From the IMG/VR virus record IMGVR_UViG_2526164634_000018: a stretch of 14,574 nucleotides of DNA; one strand, written 5' to 3'. A model generated the notes under the pieces. The model was not told the origin of the DNA, searched no databases, and saw only the letters and a program-made list of their open reading frames with translations. Each line of letters starts with the position of its first letter. Position 1 is the stretch's first letter. Positions 1-8,416 of the stretch are shown piece by piece. The translations under genes and the position numbers were made by a program. Source of the stretch: a virus (Duplodnaviria > Heunggongvirae > Uroviricota > Caudoviricetes).

Positions 1-9
1 ATGTTCATG

Positions 10-33
10 GTAACCGGCTCATTTAAACCGTCT
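10..33. repeat. IS66-family left terminal inverted repeat (copy 1)
   Basis: Begins GTAACCG and shares CATTTAAACCGTCT with the copy 2 left end (11066..11090 reverse complement); imperfect match to the right end. Confidence 0.6.
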
Positions 34-92
34 GGTCTGTTTCCTCCGGCTCTACAAAAATAATGTCCATCATTTTTAATGGACACTATCGT

Positions 93-740
93 ATGAAACA
101 CCGGACCTGGATCACTGAAGCTTTACGTCTTCACTTTGAAGAACATTTACCCCGGGTTGTGGCCGGGCGTCGCCTGGGTGTACCAAAATCAACAGTTTGT
201 AATATGTTCGTGCGCTTTCGGAGAGCTGGCCTTTCGTGGCCTTTGCCCGCAGGCATGTCGGAGCAGGAACTTGATGCCTGCCTTTACGGACAATTTTCCA
301 CGGTACCAGTCGTACGTCCTGAAAACACCGTTATATCCGAAGCCCCCGTGATAAAAAAACGTCCCCGGCGGCCCAACTTCCCTTATGAGTTTAAAATCGC
401 CTTAGTGGAGCAGTCACTGCAGCCCGGAGCCTGTGTGGCGCAGATCGCCCGGGAAAACGGAATCAACGATAACCTGCTCTTCAACTGGCGCCATCAATAC
501 CGGAAAGGTGGCCTGCTGCCTTCCGGAAAAAATATGCCGGTACTGCTTCCCGTGACGTTAACGCCGGAGCCGGATAATAAAATCCCGGCCCCCGCACAGG
601 AACCAGAGCAGATAAATACACCGTCCGACAGTCTGTGTTGTGAGCTGATTCTGCCGGCCGGAACTCTCAGGCTTAAAGGTAAACTGACGCCGGCGTTATT
701 ACAGACACTTATCCGCGAAATGAAAGGGAGCAGCCACTGA
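93..740 (+). CDS. IS66-family orfA-like protein: N-terminal HTH module fused in frame to the canonical IS66 TnpA region
   Basis: Six-frame ORF 63..740; the ATG at 93 (MKHRTW...) aligns with the start of the copy 2 homologue, so 93 is the likelier start. C-terminal part (PRRPNFPYEFK...LQPGACVAQIARENGINDNLLFNWRHQYRKG) is the IS66 TnpA HTH region. Stop TGA 738..740 overlaps the orfB ATG (ATGA coupling). Confidence 0.75.
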   Translation: MKHRTWITEALRLHFEEHLPRVVAGRRLGVPKSTVCNMFVRFRRAGLSWPLPAGMSEQELDACLYGQFSTVPVVRPENTVISEAPVIKKRPRRPNFPYEFKIALVEQSLQPGACVAQIARENGINDNLLFNWRHQYRKGGLLPSGKNMPVLLPVTLTPEPDNKIPAPAQEPEQINTPSDSLCCELILPAGTLRLKGKLTPALLQTLIREMKGSSH

Positions 741-1087
741 TGATATCTCTCCCTGCCGGTTCGCGTATCTGGCTGGTTGCCGGTATCACCGATATGCGAA
801 ATGGTTTTAACGGCCTGGCATCAAAAGTTCAGAACGTCCTGAAGGATGACCCGTTCTCCGGACACCTGTTCATCTTCCGCGGACGCCGGGGTGACCAGAT
901 AAAAGTGTTGTGGGCTGACAGTGACGGACTGTGCCTCTTCACCAAACGCCTGGAGCGGGGCCGCTTCGTCTGGCCAGTCACCCGTGACGGCAAGGTGCAC
1001 CTTACTCCGGCTCAGTTATCCATGCTTCTTGAAGGTATCAACTGGAAGCACCCGAAACGAACGGAACGCGCTGGAATCCGCATATAA
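740..1087 (+). CDS. tnpB: IS66-family accessory protein TnpB (orfB), intact 115 aa
   Basis: ORF MISLPAGSRIWLVAGITDMRNGFNGLASKV...; typical IS66 orfB size and position between orfA and the large transposase; start overlaps the orfA stop. Confidence 0.9.
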   Translation: MISLPAGSRIWLVAGITDMRNGFNGLASKVQNVLKDDPFSGHLFIFRGRRGDQIKVLWADSDGLCLFTKRLERGRFVWPVTRDGKVHLTPAQLSMLLEGINWKHPKRTERAGIRI

Positions 1088-1106
1088 CCCGTTGTAAAGT
1101 GAGGAT

Positions 1107-2677
1107 ATGGACACCTCACTTGCTCATGAGAACGCCCGCCTGCGGGCACTGTTGCAGACGCAACAGGACACCATACGCCAGATGGCGAATACAACCGCCT
1201 GCTCTCACAGCGGGTGGCGGCTTATGCCTCCGAAATCAACCGGCTGAAGGCGCTGGTTGCGAAACTGCAGCGCATGCAGTTCGGTAAAAGCTCAGAAAAA
1301 CTTCGCGCTAAAACCGAACGGCAGATACAGGAAGCACAGGAGCGAATCAGCGCACTTCAGGAAGAAATGGCGGAAACGCTGGGTGAGCAATATGACCCGG
1401 TACTGCCATCCGCCCTGCGCCAGTCTTCAGCCCGTAAACCGTTACCGGCCTCACTTCCCCGTGAAACCCGGGTTATCCGGCCGGAAGAGGAATGCTGTCC
1501 TGCCTGTGGTGGTGAACTCAGTTCTCTGGGATGTGATGTGTCAGAGCAACTGGAGCTTATCAGCAGCGCCTTTAAGGTTATCGAAACACAACGTCCGAAA
1601 CTGGCCTGTTGCCGGTGCGACCATATCGTGCAGGCACCGGTGCCTTCAAAACCCATTGCACGCAGTTATGCCGGAGCGGGGCTCCTGGCCCATGTCGTCA
1701 CCGGAAAATATGCAGACCATCTGCCGTTATACCGCCAGTCAGAGATATACCGCCGTCAGGGTGTGGAGCTGAGCCGTGCCACGCTGGGGCGCTGGACTGG
1801 TGCCGTTGCTGAACTGCTGGAGCCGCTGTATGACGTCCTGCGCCAGTATGTGCTGATGCCCGGTAAAGTCCATGCTGATGATATCCCCGTCCCGGTCCAG
1901 GAGCCGGGCAGCGGTAAAACCCGGACAGCCCGGCTGTGGGTCTACGTCCGTGATGACCGTAACGCCGGTTCACAGATGCCCCCGGCGGTCTGGTTCGCGT
2001 ACAGTCCGGACCGGAAAGGTATCCATCCACAAAATCACCTGGCCGGTTACAGCGGTGTGCTTCAGGCCGATGCTTACGGTGGTTACCGGGCGTTATACGA
2101 ATCCGGCAGAATAACGGAAGCCGCGTGTATGGCTCATGCCCGGAGAAAAATCCACGATGTGCATGCAAGAGCGCCCACCGACATCACCACGGAAGCCCTG
2201 CAGCGTATCGGTGAACTGTATGCCATCGAGGCAGAGGTCCGGGGCTGTTCAGCAGAACAGCGTCTGGCGGCAAGAAAAACCAGAGCCGCGCCACTGATGC
2301 AGTCACTGTATGACTGGATACAGCAACAGATGAAAACACTGTCGCGTCACTCAGATACGGCAAAAGCGTTCGCATACCTGCTGAAACAGTGGGATGCACT
2401 GAACGTGTACTGCAGTAATGGCTGGGTGGAAATCGACAACAACATCGCAGAGAACGCCTTACGGGGAGTGGCCGTAGGCCGGAAAAACTGGATGTTCGCG
2501 GGTTCCGACAGCGGTGGTGAACATGCGGCGGTGTTGTACTCGCTGATCGGCACATGCCGTCTGAACAATGTGGAGCCAGAAAAGTGGCTGCGCTACGTCA
2601 TTGAACATATCCAGGATTGGCCGGCAAACCGGGTACGCGATCTGTTGCCCTGGAAAGTTGATCTGAGCTCTCAGTAA
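1107..2677 (+). pseudogene. tnpC: IS66-family transposase (orfC), disrupted by a 1-bp frameshift near 1188
   Basis: ATG at 1107 with GAGG upstream; the frame ([28 protein letters not shown]...) hits a stop after ~46 codons, and the remainder resumes in another frame as ORF 1214..2677 (487 aa). Copy 2 (8417..9988) is intact at 523 aa; copy 1 reads GCGAATACAACC where copy 2 reads GCGAAATACAACC. Confidence 0.85.
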
Positions 2678-2682
2678 ATATC

Positions 2683-2707
2683 AATACGGTTCTGGCGAGC
2701 CGCTTAC
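2683..2707. repeat. IS66-family right terminal inverted repeat (copy 1)
   Basis: Reverse complement reads GTAAGCGGCTCGCCAGAACCGTATT, matching the copy 2 right end at 8387..8411. Confidence 0.7.
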
Positions 2708-2875
2708 TATTTTCGTGTTTATCCTGTCCTGCTCCGGAATAATGCCATTCTCATCTGACTCCAGAATGTCTGCCGGTCCCAGTCGCAGTAGTGCTGTAAG
2801 CGACTGCACGTGTTCACGGCCATCATGCTTTCCGCAACCACACAGACGCTGCATAAGTTTTTTTAGTATATTCAT
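2708..2875 (-). pseudogene. 5' fragment (56 codons) of an unknown gene downstream of the tail fiber, truncated by IS copy 1
   Basis: ATG at 2875..2873 lies 1 nt after the tail fiber stop (TGA-C-ATG). Frame MNILKKLMQRLCGCGKHDGREHVQSLTALLRLGPADILESDENGIIPEQDRINTKIV runs straight into the IS end; the last residues of the 77-aa track ORF (SGSPEPY) are encoded by IS sequence. No homologue recognised. Confidence 0.4.
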
Positions 2876-2876
2876 G

Positions 2877-4189
2877 TCATTCTCCTGTTCTGCCTGTATC
2901 ACTGCCCACTTCATTCAGCCCCTTAACATCCTGCCACGGCCCGTCACCAAACCTGACCTGCAAATGCTGAAACAGCCCCTGAACCTGTGTGGCATCTTTG
3001 GGGTCAAGAAAGGTCAGTCCGGTGATGAGTGCGCCATCTGTATCCGGGAACCAGCCATTGCTGTTTGTCTCAATAATGCTCGCCGGCCCCAGACGAAAAC
3101 GGATTTGTGTCTCCCCCGGGTCGCCCTTTGGTCCCTGAGGTCCGGTTGCCCCCACCGGGCCAGCCGCACCTGTTTCTCCTTTCGGTCCCTGTGGGCCAGC
3201 CGGGCCTGCCGCACCGGTATCTCCCTTTGGACCCTGTGGACCTGCATTCCCCGTCAGACCGGTCTCTCCCCGCTCTCCCCTGTCGCCTTTCGGTCCCTGT
3301 GGTCCTGCCGGACCAGCATCACCTGCCGGTCCCCGTTCGCCGGTTGCCCCGACAGGGCCGGTGTCACCACGCTCTCCTTACTCCCCTTCGGCCCCTGAGG
3401 GCCAGCGGGCCCCTGTTCCCCCTTTGGCCCGGGAGGTCCCACCACGGTGGGGATTCGGTTTACGGCGTCTTCCGCCGCTATCCTGCTTTGTTCCGCTGAC
3501 TGTGCGCTTTCTGCTGACTCCCGGGCTTTTTCTGCTGCGGTCGTTGCATCCCTGGCTGCATTACCGGCTGCACTTTCTGCCGTCTTTCTTGACAATTCAG
3601 CTTCTGCTGCACTTTGTGATGACTCACTGGCTTTTTGAGCGGCCGCAGAAGCCGAGGACGAGGACGCATCCTCTGACTGCTTTGCTGAGGCTGCACTTTC
3701 TGCCGCCTGCCGGGCTGACTCCGATGCCTCCCCTGCTGAAGTGTCAGCATTTGCAGCGCTCTCTTCTGCCTGACTGGCTGATATGCCGGCATTCCTCGCT
3801 GACGTCTCCGCCTCTCCGGCATTCTTCTTCGCCTCCTCAGCGTGACGCGCCACCTCTTCCACCATCAGTTCAAAAGGGCGCAGTGCCTCCGGCCGGACAT
3901 CATCCTCCGTCATTGCACCGAGGAAATCATTCAGTGTGCCCGGCTTTGAGTCCTCATACACGGTGATAATCCCGGCGTGTGACGGCGGAAAACCTTCAAC
4001 CAGCAGGGTGACGCTGTACTGACCATGCTCAACATCCATGCTGTAACGTCCGGCTTCATCCGGATTTTCAGAGGCCACCGTGTTCACCACCACCGTGCTG
4101 CTGGTTCGTCTGGCCTTCAGCACAATGGTGCAGTTCTGTACTGGTTTTCCTGTGCCATCTTTAAGCACGCCAGAAATTTTTACTGTCAT
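2877..4189 (-). pseudogene. stf: Lambda Stf-like side tail fiber with Ala/Ser/Glu-rich linker, Gly-X-Y repeat tract and C-terminal globular domain; 1-bp frameshift near 3378..3380
   Basis: N-terminus MTVKISGVLKDGTGKPVQNCTIVLKA...GQYSVTLLVEGFPPSHAGIITVYEDS matches the lambda Stf N-terminal domain as I recall it. Frame A (3254..4189) leaves the Gly-X-Y register after GPQGPKG; the register continues in frame C (2877..3377) through to a C-terminal domain. Restoring one A in AGTAAGGA (to AGTAAAGGA) gives a continuous ~437-aa protein. Confidence 0.8.
3108..3440 (-). repeat. Collagen-like Gly-X-Y triplet repeat tract (~37 triplets) within the tail fiber gene
   Basis: Minus-strand translation gives [19 protein letters not shown]... 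then [31 protein letters not shown]...[12 protein letters not shown] with strict 3-residue periodicity; the frameshift lies inside it. Confidence 0.8.
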
Positions 4190-4200
4190 ACTTTTCCACC

Positions 4201-4235
4201 AATAAAAAAAGCCCGCAGCAGTGACGCCACGGGCT
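4201..4235 (-). terminator. Putative Rho-independent terminator downstream of lom
   Basis: On the minus strand, stem AGCCCG / CGGGCT (4209..4214 pairs with 4229..4234) followed by a run of 7-8 T (A-run 4202..4209 on the plus strand). Confidence 0.5.
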
Positions 4236-4340
4236 TCAGGACAGTGTAACTTTACGTTTCCTCAAACGCAGTTCACCCCATAAGGTGGATGAACCTGCGT
4301 ATCATAACAATATTTACAGAAGATAAATCGGCGTCTGTTG

Positions 4341-4940
4341 TCAGAAACGGTATCCGATACCAACAATAAATGCATCCGTTCGCCAGTCGCCACTACCGGA
4401 ACCTTCATAAGCAAGGTCAATGGTCACGGATTCGGTCGGGTTAAACTGCACGCCAGCCCCCCACGCCAGAGACGTGTTGCTGTGGCGACCGTCATCACTT
4501 CCGGTCAGCACATCGTGCGTTTTCCCCTTGTTGTCAGTTACGCGGAGATAATCCCCGGAGAAAGTCGACACACGGCTGTAAGCCACACCCACCATCGCAT
4601 ACGCGCTGAACCATTCATTCACGCGCACAGACGGCCCCGCCATCACGCTGAACCAGCGGTTACGCACGGAATCTTCATGCCAGCGGGTATCGCTGTAGTG
4701 CGTTTTTTGCTCATCCTCAGCATTGGCATAACTGAAGGACGTAATCAGCCCCAGCGCGTCCGTAAACTCATAACGGTATTTCACGTTAATCCCGTTCAGA
4801 TTATCGCTGCCGGGAGCGTTCGTACGGGCATGAAGATACCCCGCGCTCAGTGTGGACTGATGTTCAGACGCCCATGCAGGCGCACCGGATACGGACAGAC
4901 AGATGGCTGCGGACAAAATGGCTGCACAAACTTTACGCAT
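4341..4940 (-). CDS. lom: Lom outer-membrane protein (Ail/Lom/PagC/Rck family), 199 aa with signal peptide
   Basis: ORF MRKVCAAILSAAICLSVSGAPAWA... with conserved motifs GINVKYRYE, SAYAMVGVAYSR and AYEGSGSGDWRTD...IVGIGYRF ending in aromatic F; same position after J as in lambda; SD-like GAGAGGT upstream of the ATG at 4940. Confidence 0.9.
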   Translation of the reverse strand: MRKVCAAILSAAICLSVSGAPAWASEHQSTLSAGYLHARTNAPGSDNLNGINVKYRYEFTDALGLITSFSYANAEDEQKTHYSDTRWHEDSVRNRWFSVMAGPSVRVNEWFSAYAMVGVAYSRVSTFSGDYLRVTDNKGKTHDVLTGSDDGRHSNTSLAWGAGVQFNPTESVTIDLAYEGSGSGDWRTDAFIVGIGYRF

Positions 4941-4961
4941 AATTACCTCTCGCTTTTCTGC

Positions 4962-4990
4962 AATAAAAAAGGCGCCATTTCTGGCGCCCG
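4962..4990 (-). terminator. Putative Rho-independent terminator downstream of J
   Basis: On the minus strand, GC-rich hairpin GGCGCC-AGAAAT-GGCGCC (4971..4988) followed by TTTTTTATT (4962..4970). Confidence 0.55.
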
Positions 4991-5007
4991 TATATGGGTT
5001 ATAAAAT

Positions 5008-8000
5008 TCAGCTGATACTGATGCCTGCGGTGGCTTTCTTCATCACCACAACCAGCAAATCGCTGATACTTGCTGTGGGATACCAGTTATTTACCAGCCA
5101 TGCTGACACCGAAAACTCCAGCGTCATGTGACCGTGACCGGCAGGCATATCAATAACACCACTGTAAATCAGCGTATTATCCAGCGCGGTACGGTTATAA
5201 ATTTCAGCACCGTTTTTCCGCACTATCAGACGGCATGAGGAGTAAATATCAGTATGCTCTCTCTCATGCTTAGCGCCACTGAATGCCACCGCCGGAATAA
5301 CAATTTGCCGGTCAAACGGCTGATCGTCATAAACCCTGACGGTAATGGTCCCTGATGGCCACCGCTCCGGTGCACGGGAGTCCCGGGGGAAAGCTTTGCC
5401 CACTGTTTTAACGAGATCGCCTTCAATCTGGTTGGCGGACAGTTTTCCCAGAACCCGACAGTTTTCGTTAATCGTGACGTTGTTGAGCGTCCCGGAGTTC
5501 GCATTCACGTTACCGCTGATATCGGCATTTTTCGCCGTCAGCCGCCCGTCCGGTGTCAGGGAAAATGCCGGAGGATTACCGCCGCTGGTAATGGTGGGAG
5601 CCGTCAGGTATTTCAGGAACACTTCGTTCATGAATATCTGATCGCCCTGACCAACAAACATCGGCTTTGTGTTGCCATTCGCAGGATTAATCATCGCAAT
5701 CCGGTCAGCAGCCAGAAGCACCTGACTCTGCATACCTGCTGGCGTATTCTCAATACCGGCTCCGATACCCGCAATATAAAGGCGTCCGTCCTGCATCTGC
5801 TGCAGTTTCACGGCCCACATGCTGTTCAGGTTATTATTTGTATCAACCTGAACTTTCTGTATCTGCTGGATTGCCGCACTCTGGTCTTCCAGTTTTTTAT
5901 TGACGGTCTGCGTGATTTCATTGCTGACATTCGTAATGGACGTCCTGATTTCAGCCAGGTCCGGCGCAAGCTGACCGTTATCAATCTGCGTCCACAGCTC
6001 CTGGGCCAGATGTGTTTTCCCGATTTCTCCTTTGAAAAAATCCAGGTAACCTTCCGCATCATCGCTCGCCCGACCGACAGCCTCCACGAATGCCGATTTG
6101 CCAACGGTGTTCACACTGCGAACGTAAAAATAATAATCATGGCCCGGTTTGATATTGATACTGGCGGCTATCCAGTACAGCGCCGTACCAAGATAACGCG
6201 CGCTGGTTTCAACCTGCCTGATATCAGCAATCCGTTTTTCCGAGAACCAGAACTCAAACTGTACCGTCGGATCATAAACCGCAAAATGCGGCGTGGCGGT
6301 TATCTGAAAATAGCCCGGCGTCAGCTCAATCCGCGACGGTGCTGCCGGTGCGGCAATCCGGAACGATACCGATGCCGGATCGCCCTGCTGTCCCCACGCA
6401 TTTACCGCCCGGACTGTCAGCCTGTAATTTCCCAGCGCCAGTTGCGTGAAGCGGTATGTAGTTTCCGTCGTCCTGGCCGTGCTGACCAGCCGCTCACTGC
6501 CATCGTCCGCTGCCACGGTCAGGCGAAGCAGGAAGCTCACGCCCTTCACCACCTTCGGCGTGTCCCAGCGCGCCAGCACCTGATATTCCCCACTGTCTGC
6601 GGTGACTTCTGCGGTCAGGTGCTGCACCGCTGGCGGCGTGACACCATTCACCGTGCCGCTCTGGTCGCCGTCAAAGTGCGCCCCGTTATCCACGATGGCC
6701 TCTTTTTCCGGTACATGCTGCACGGCGGTGATGGCATACGTGCCGTCGTCGTTCTCACGGATACTCACGCAGCGGAACAGGCGCTGGCGCAGCATCGGCA
6801 GCTTCAGCCCCCACACGCTGTACTCGGCAACGCCGTCAGGAACACGGCTCACTTTTACCTTCACGCCATCAGTGACGGACTGAACCTCCACGCTGACCGG
6901 ATTGCCACTTCCGTCAACCAGGCTTATCAGCGTGGTGCCGGAAGATGGCAGCGTGATTTCACGGTCGAGCGTCAGCGTCCGGGTCTGGCTGTTCACCGCC
7001 AGCACGCGCCCGCCGGTGCTGATACCGGCATAGTCATCATCACAGATTTCAATGACATCGCCCGGTACATGGCGAAGCCCTTCTGCACCCACGCTGAAGT
7101 CCACGGTCTGCGTTTCCAGCAGTTCCGTTTTAATCAGCCACAGCCCGGCGCGGTGCACCTGCCCCCGGCTGGTACAGCCAAAGGCATCCATCTTCGTGAC
7201 GTGACGACCGTAACGGGCAATGGCCTGCGTATCCTCCACAAGCTCTGTCGCCGTCTCCCAGCCGTTGTTCGGGTCAATCCAGTTCACCTCAACGGCATTA
7301 TGGCGGTCCTTCAGGGCGCTGAAGCTGTAGCGGAACGGCGCGCCATCATCCGGCATCACCACATTACTGCGGTTATAGGTCCACACCTTATCTGATGGTC
7401 GGTCCTGCACGAACGTCAGCGTCTGCCCGTTCCATACCGGCATACAGCGCATCGCCGAGCAGAAATCACTGAGCACATCCCACGCCTTGCGCTGTGTGGT
7501 CAGGTACGCATTACAGGTAATGCGCGGCTCCGTGCCGCCAAAGCCATCCGGCACTGACTGGTCGCAGTACTGGCCGATGACATACAGCGCCCATTTGTCC
7601 ACATCCGCCGCACCAAGACGTTTCCCCATGCCGTAGCGTGGATGGGTCAGCATATCCCACAGACACCAGGCCATGTTGTTGCTGTATGCCGGTTTAAACG
7701 TTCCGTCCCAGATACCGCTGTATTGCCGCGTCTGCGGGTTATAATTCGACGGCACCTGCAGAATACGCCCGCGCAGATGATAATTACGGCTCACCTGCTG
7801 GCTGCCGAACTGCTCCGAGTCCACCTGCACGCCGACCAGTGCCGTGTTCGGGTAGCCCTGTTTCACATCGATGATTTCGGTGTATGACGACCAGAGCGTT
7901 TTGTTCTGCAGCTGGTCTGTGGTGCTGTCAGGCGTCATCCTGCGCATCCGGATATTAAACGGGCGCGGCGGCAGGTTATCCACCACCACCGAGGCCAGAT

Positions 8001-8386
8001 ACTGCGAGGTGGTTTTGCCCTTAATGGTGATGTCTTTTTCCGTCACCCAGCCACCGTTACGCTGTATCTGAACCAGCAGGCGGACTTCCGACGGATTCCG
8101 GTCCCCCTTTGAGGTGGTTTCCACCAGTGCCTGCACACCGAAGGTAAAGCGCAGACGGTCGATGTTTGCCGACGTGATGGTCCGGGTGATCGGCGTGTCA
8201 TATTTCACTTCCGTACCCAGCACCGTCTCGGAGCCGGAGGATTCAAATCCCTCCGGCGGTGTCTGCTCCTGCTCACCTGCCCGGAACACCACCGTGACAC
8301 CGGATATATTGGTATTCCCCTCACTGTCCAGCACCGGCGTACTGTTCAGCAGCACGCTTTTTAATCCGTCCACCGGACCTTCAACC
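5008..8386 (-). pseudogene. J: Tail tip / host-specificity protein J, large 3' fragment (codon ~37 to stop), separated from its start by IS copy 2
   Basis: 1121-aa ORF; the first ~780 residues ([16 protein letters not shown]...[41 protein letters not shown]...) are near-identical to lambda gpJ as I recall it, while the C-terminal ~340 residues diverge. The upstream reading frame runs directly into the IS end at 8387. Confidence 0.9.
8379..8386. repeat. 8-bp target-site duplication CTTCAACC (right flank of IS copy 2)
   Basis: Identical 8-mer immediately outside both ends of the IS (8379..8386 and 11091..11098); 8 bp is the usual duplication size for IS66-family elements. Confidence 0.85.
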
Positions 8387-8411
8387 GTAAGCGGCTCGCC
8401 AGAACCGTATT
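8387..8411. repeat. IS66-family right terminal inverted repeat (copy 2)
   Basis: GTAAGCGGCTCGCCAGAACCGTATT, identical to the copy 1 right end. Confidence 0.7.
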
Positions 8412-8416
8412 GATAT

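Larger units (their letters stand above)
10..2707 (+). mobile_element. IS66-family insertion sequence, copy 1 (orfA-orfB-orfC); orfC frameshifted
   Basis: Three-ORF IS66 organisation. Ends GTAACCGGCTCATTTAAACCGTC (10..) and GTAAGCGGCTCGCCAGAACCGTAT (reverse complement of 2707..) form imperfect terminal inverted repeats. Same end sequence recurs at 8387. No matching 8-bp direct repeat visible in the flanks (left flank only 9 bp in window). Confidence 0.85.

Noticed and set aside
1257-2568. Internal and antisense ORFs within IS orfC (for example 1257..1772 plus, 1698..2168 minus), mirrored in copy 2
   Set aside because: Alternative-frame artefacts of the transposase gene; they appear identically in both copies only because the underlying DNA is duplicated.
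2681-2914. 77-aa ORF as a complete gene starting at 2914, and the tail SGSPEPY of ORF 8114..8413
   Set aside because: The C-terminal residues SGSPEPY are encoded by the IS terminal repeat in both cases, so these are read-through artefacts across IS junctions. For 2681..2914 the likely native start is ATG 2875 and the gene is truncated.
3100-3850. CRISPR array or programmed frameshift in the repetitive tail fiber region
   Set aside because: Repeats are 9-bp-periodic coding repeats (Gly-X-Y) and degenerate Ala/Ser codon repeats, not 25-40 bp direct repeats with unique spacers. The frameshift lacks a slippery heptamer or stimulatory structure context and is more simply a 1-bp deletion.
2715-3966. 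Plus-strand ORFs 2715..3398, 3107..3499 and 3361..3966 (Pro/Leu/Ser-rich translations) and minus-strand ORFs 3014..3247 and 3478..3822
   Set aside because: They are out-of-frame or antisense readings of the GC-rich collagen-repeat and Ala/Ser-rich linker DNA of the tail fiber gene; low-complexity, and no start or RBS context. The homology-supported tail fiber frames explain the region.
4338-5015. 225-aa plus-strand ORF overlapping lom
   Set aside because: Antisense to lom, which has a signal peptide and family motifs; it also spans the lom-J intergenic terminator, which is implausible for a real gene.
6010-7395. 461-aa plus-strand ORF antisense to J, plus other long antisense ORFs (5345..5641, 6602..6883, 7642..7887)
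   Set aside because: Shadow ORFs inside a GC-rich, well-supported J gene; Arg-rich composition typical of antisense frames.
2708-8386. Whether the IS-bracketed segment is an inverted or transposed composite transposon
   Set aside because: Gene order and orientation of stf, lom and J are collinear with lambda and with the upstream H-M-L-K-I genes, and copy 2 has its own duplication inside J. The simplest reading is two independent insertions with no inversion.
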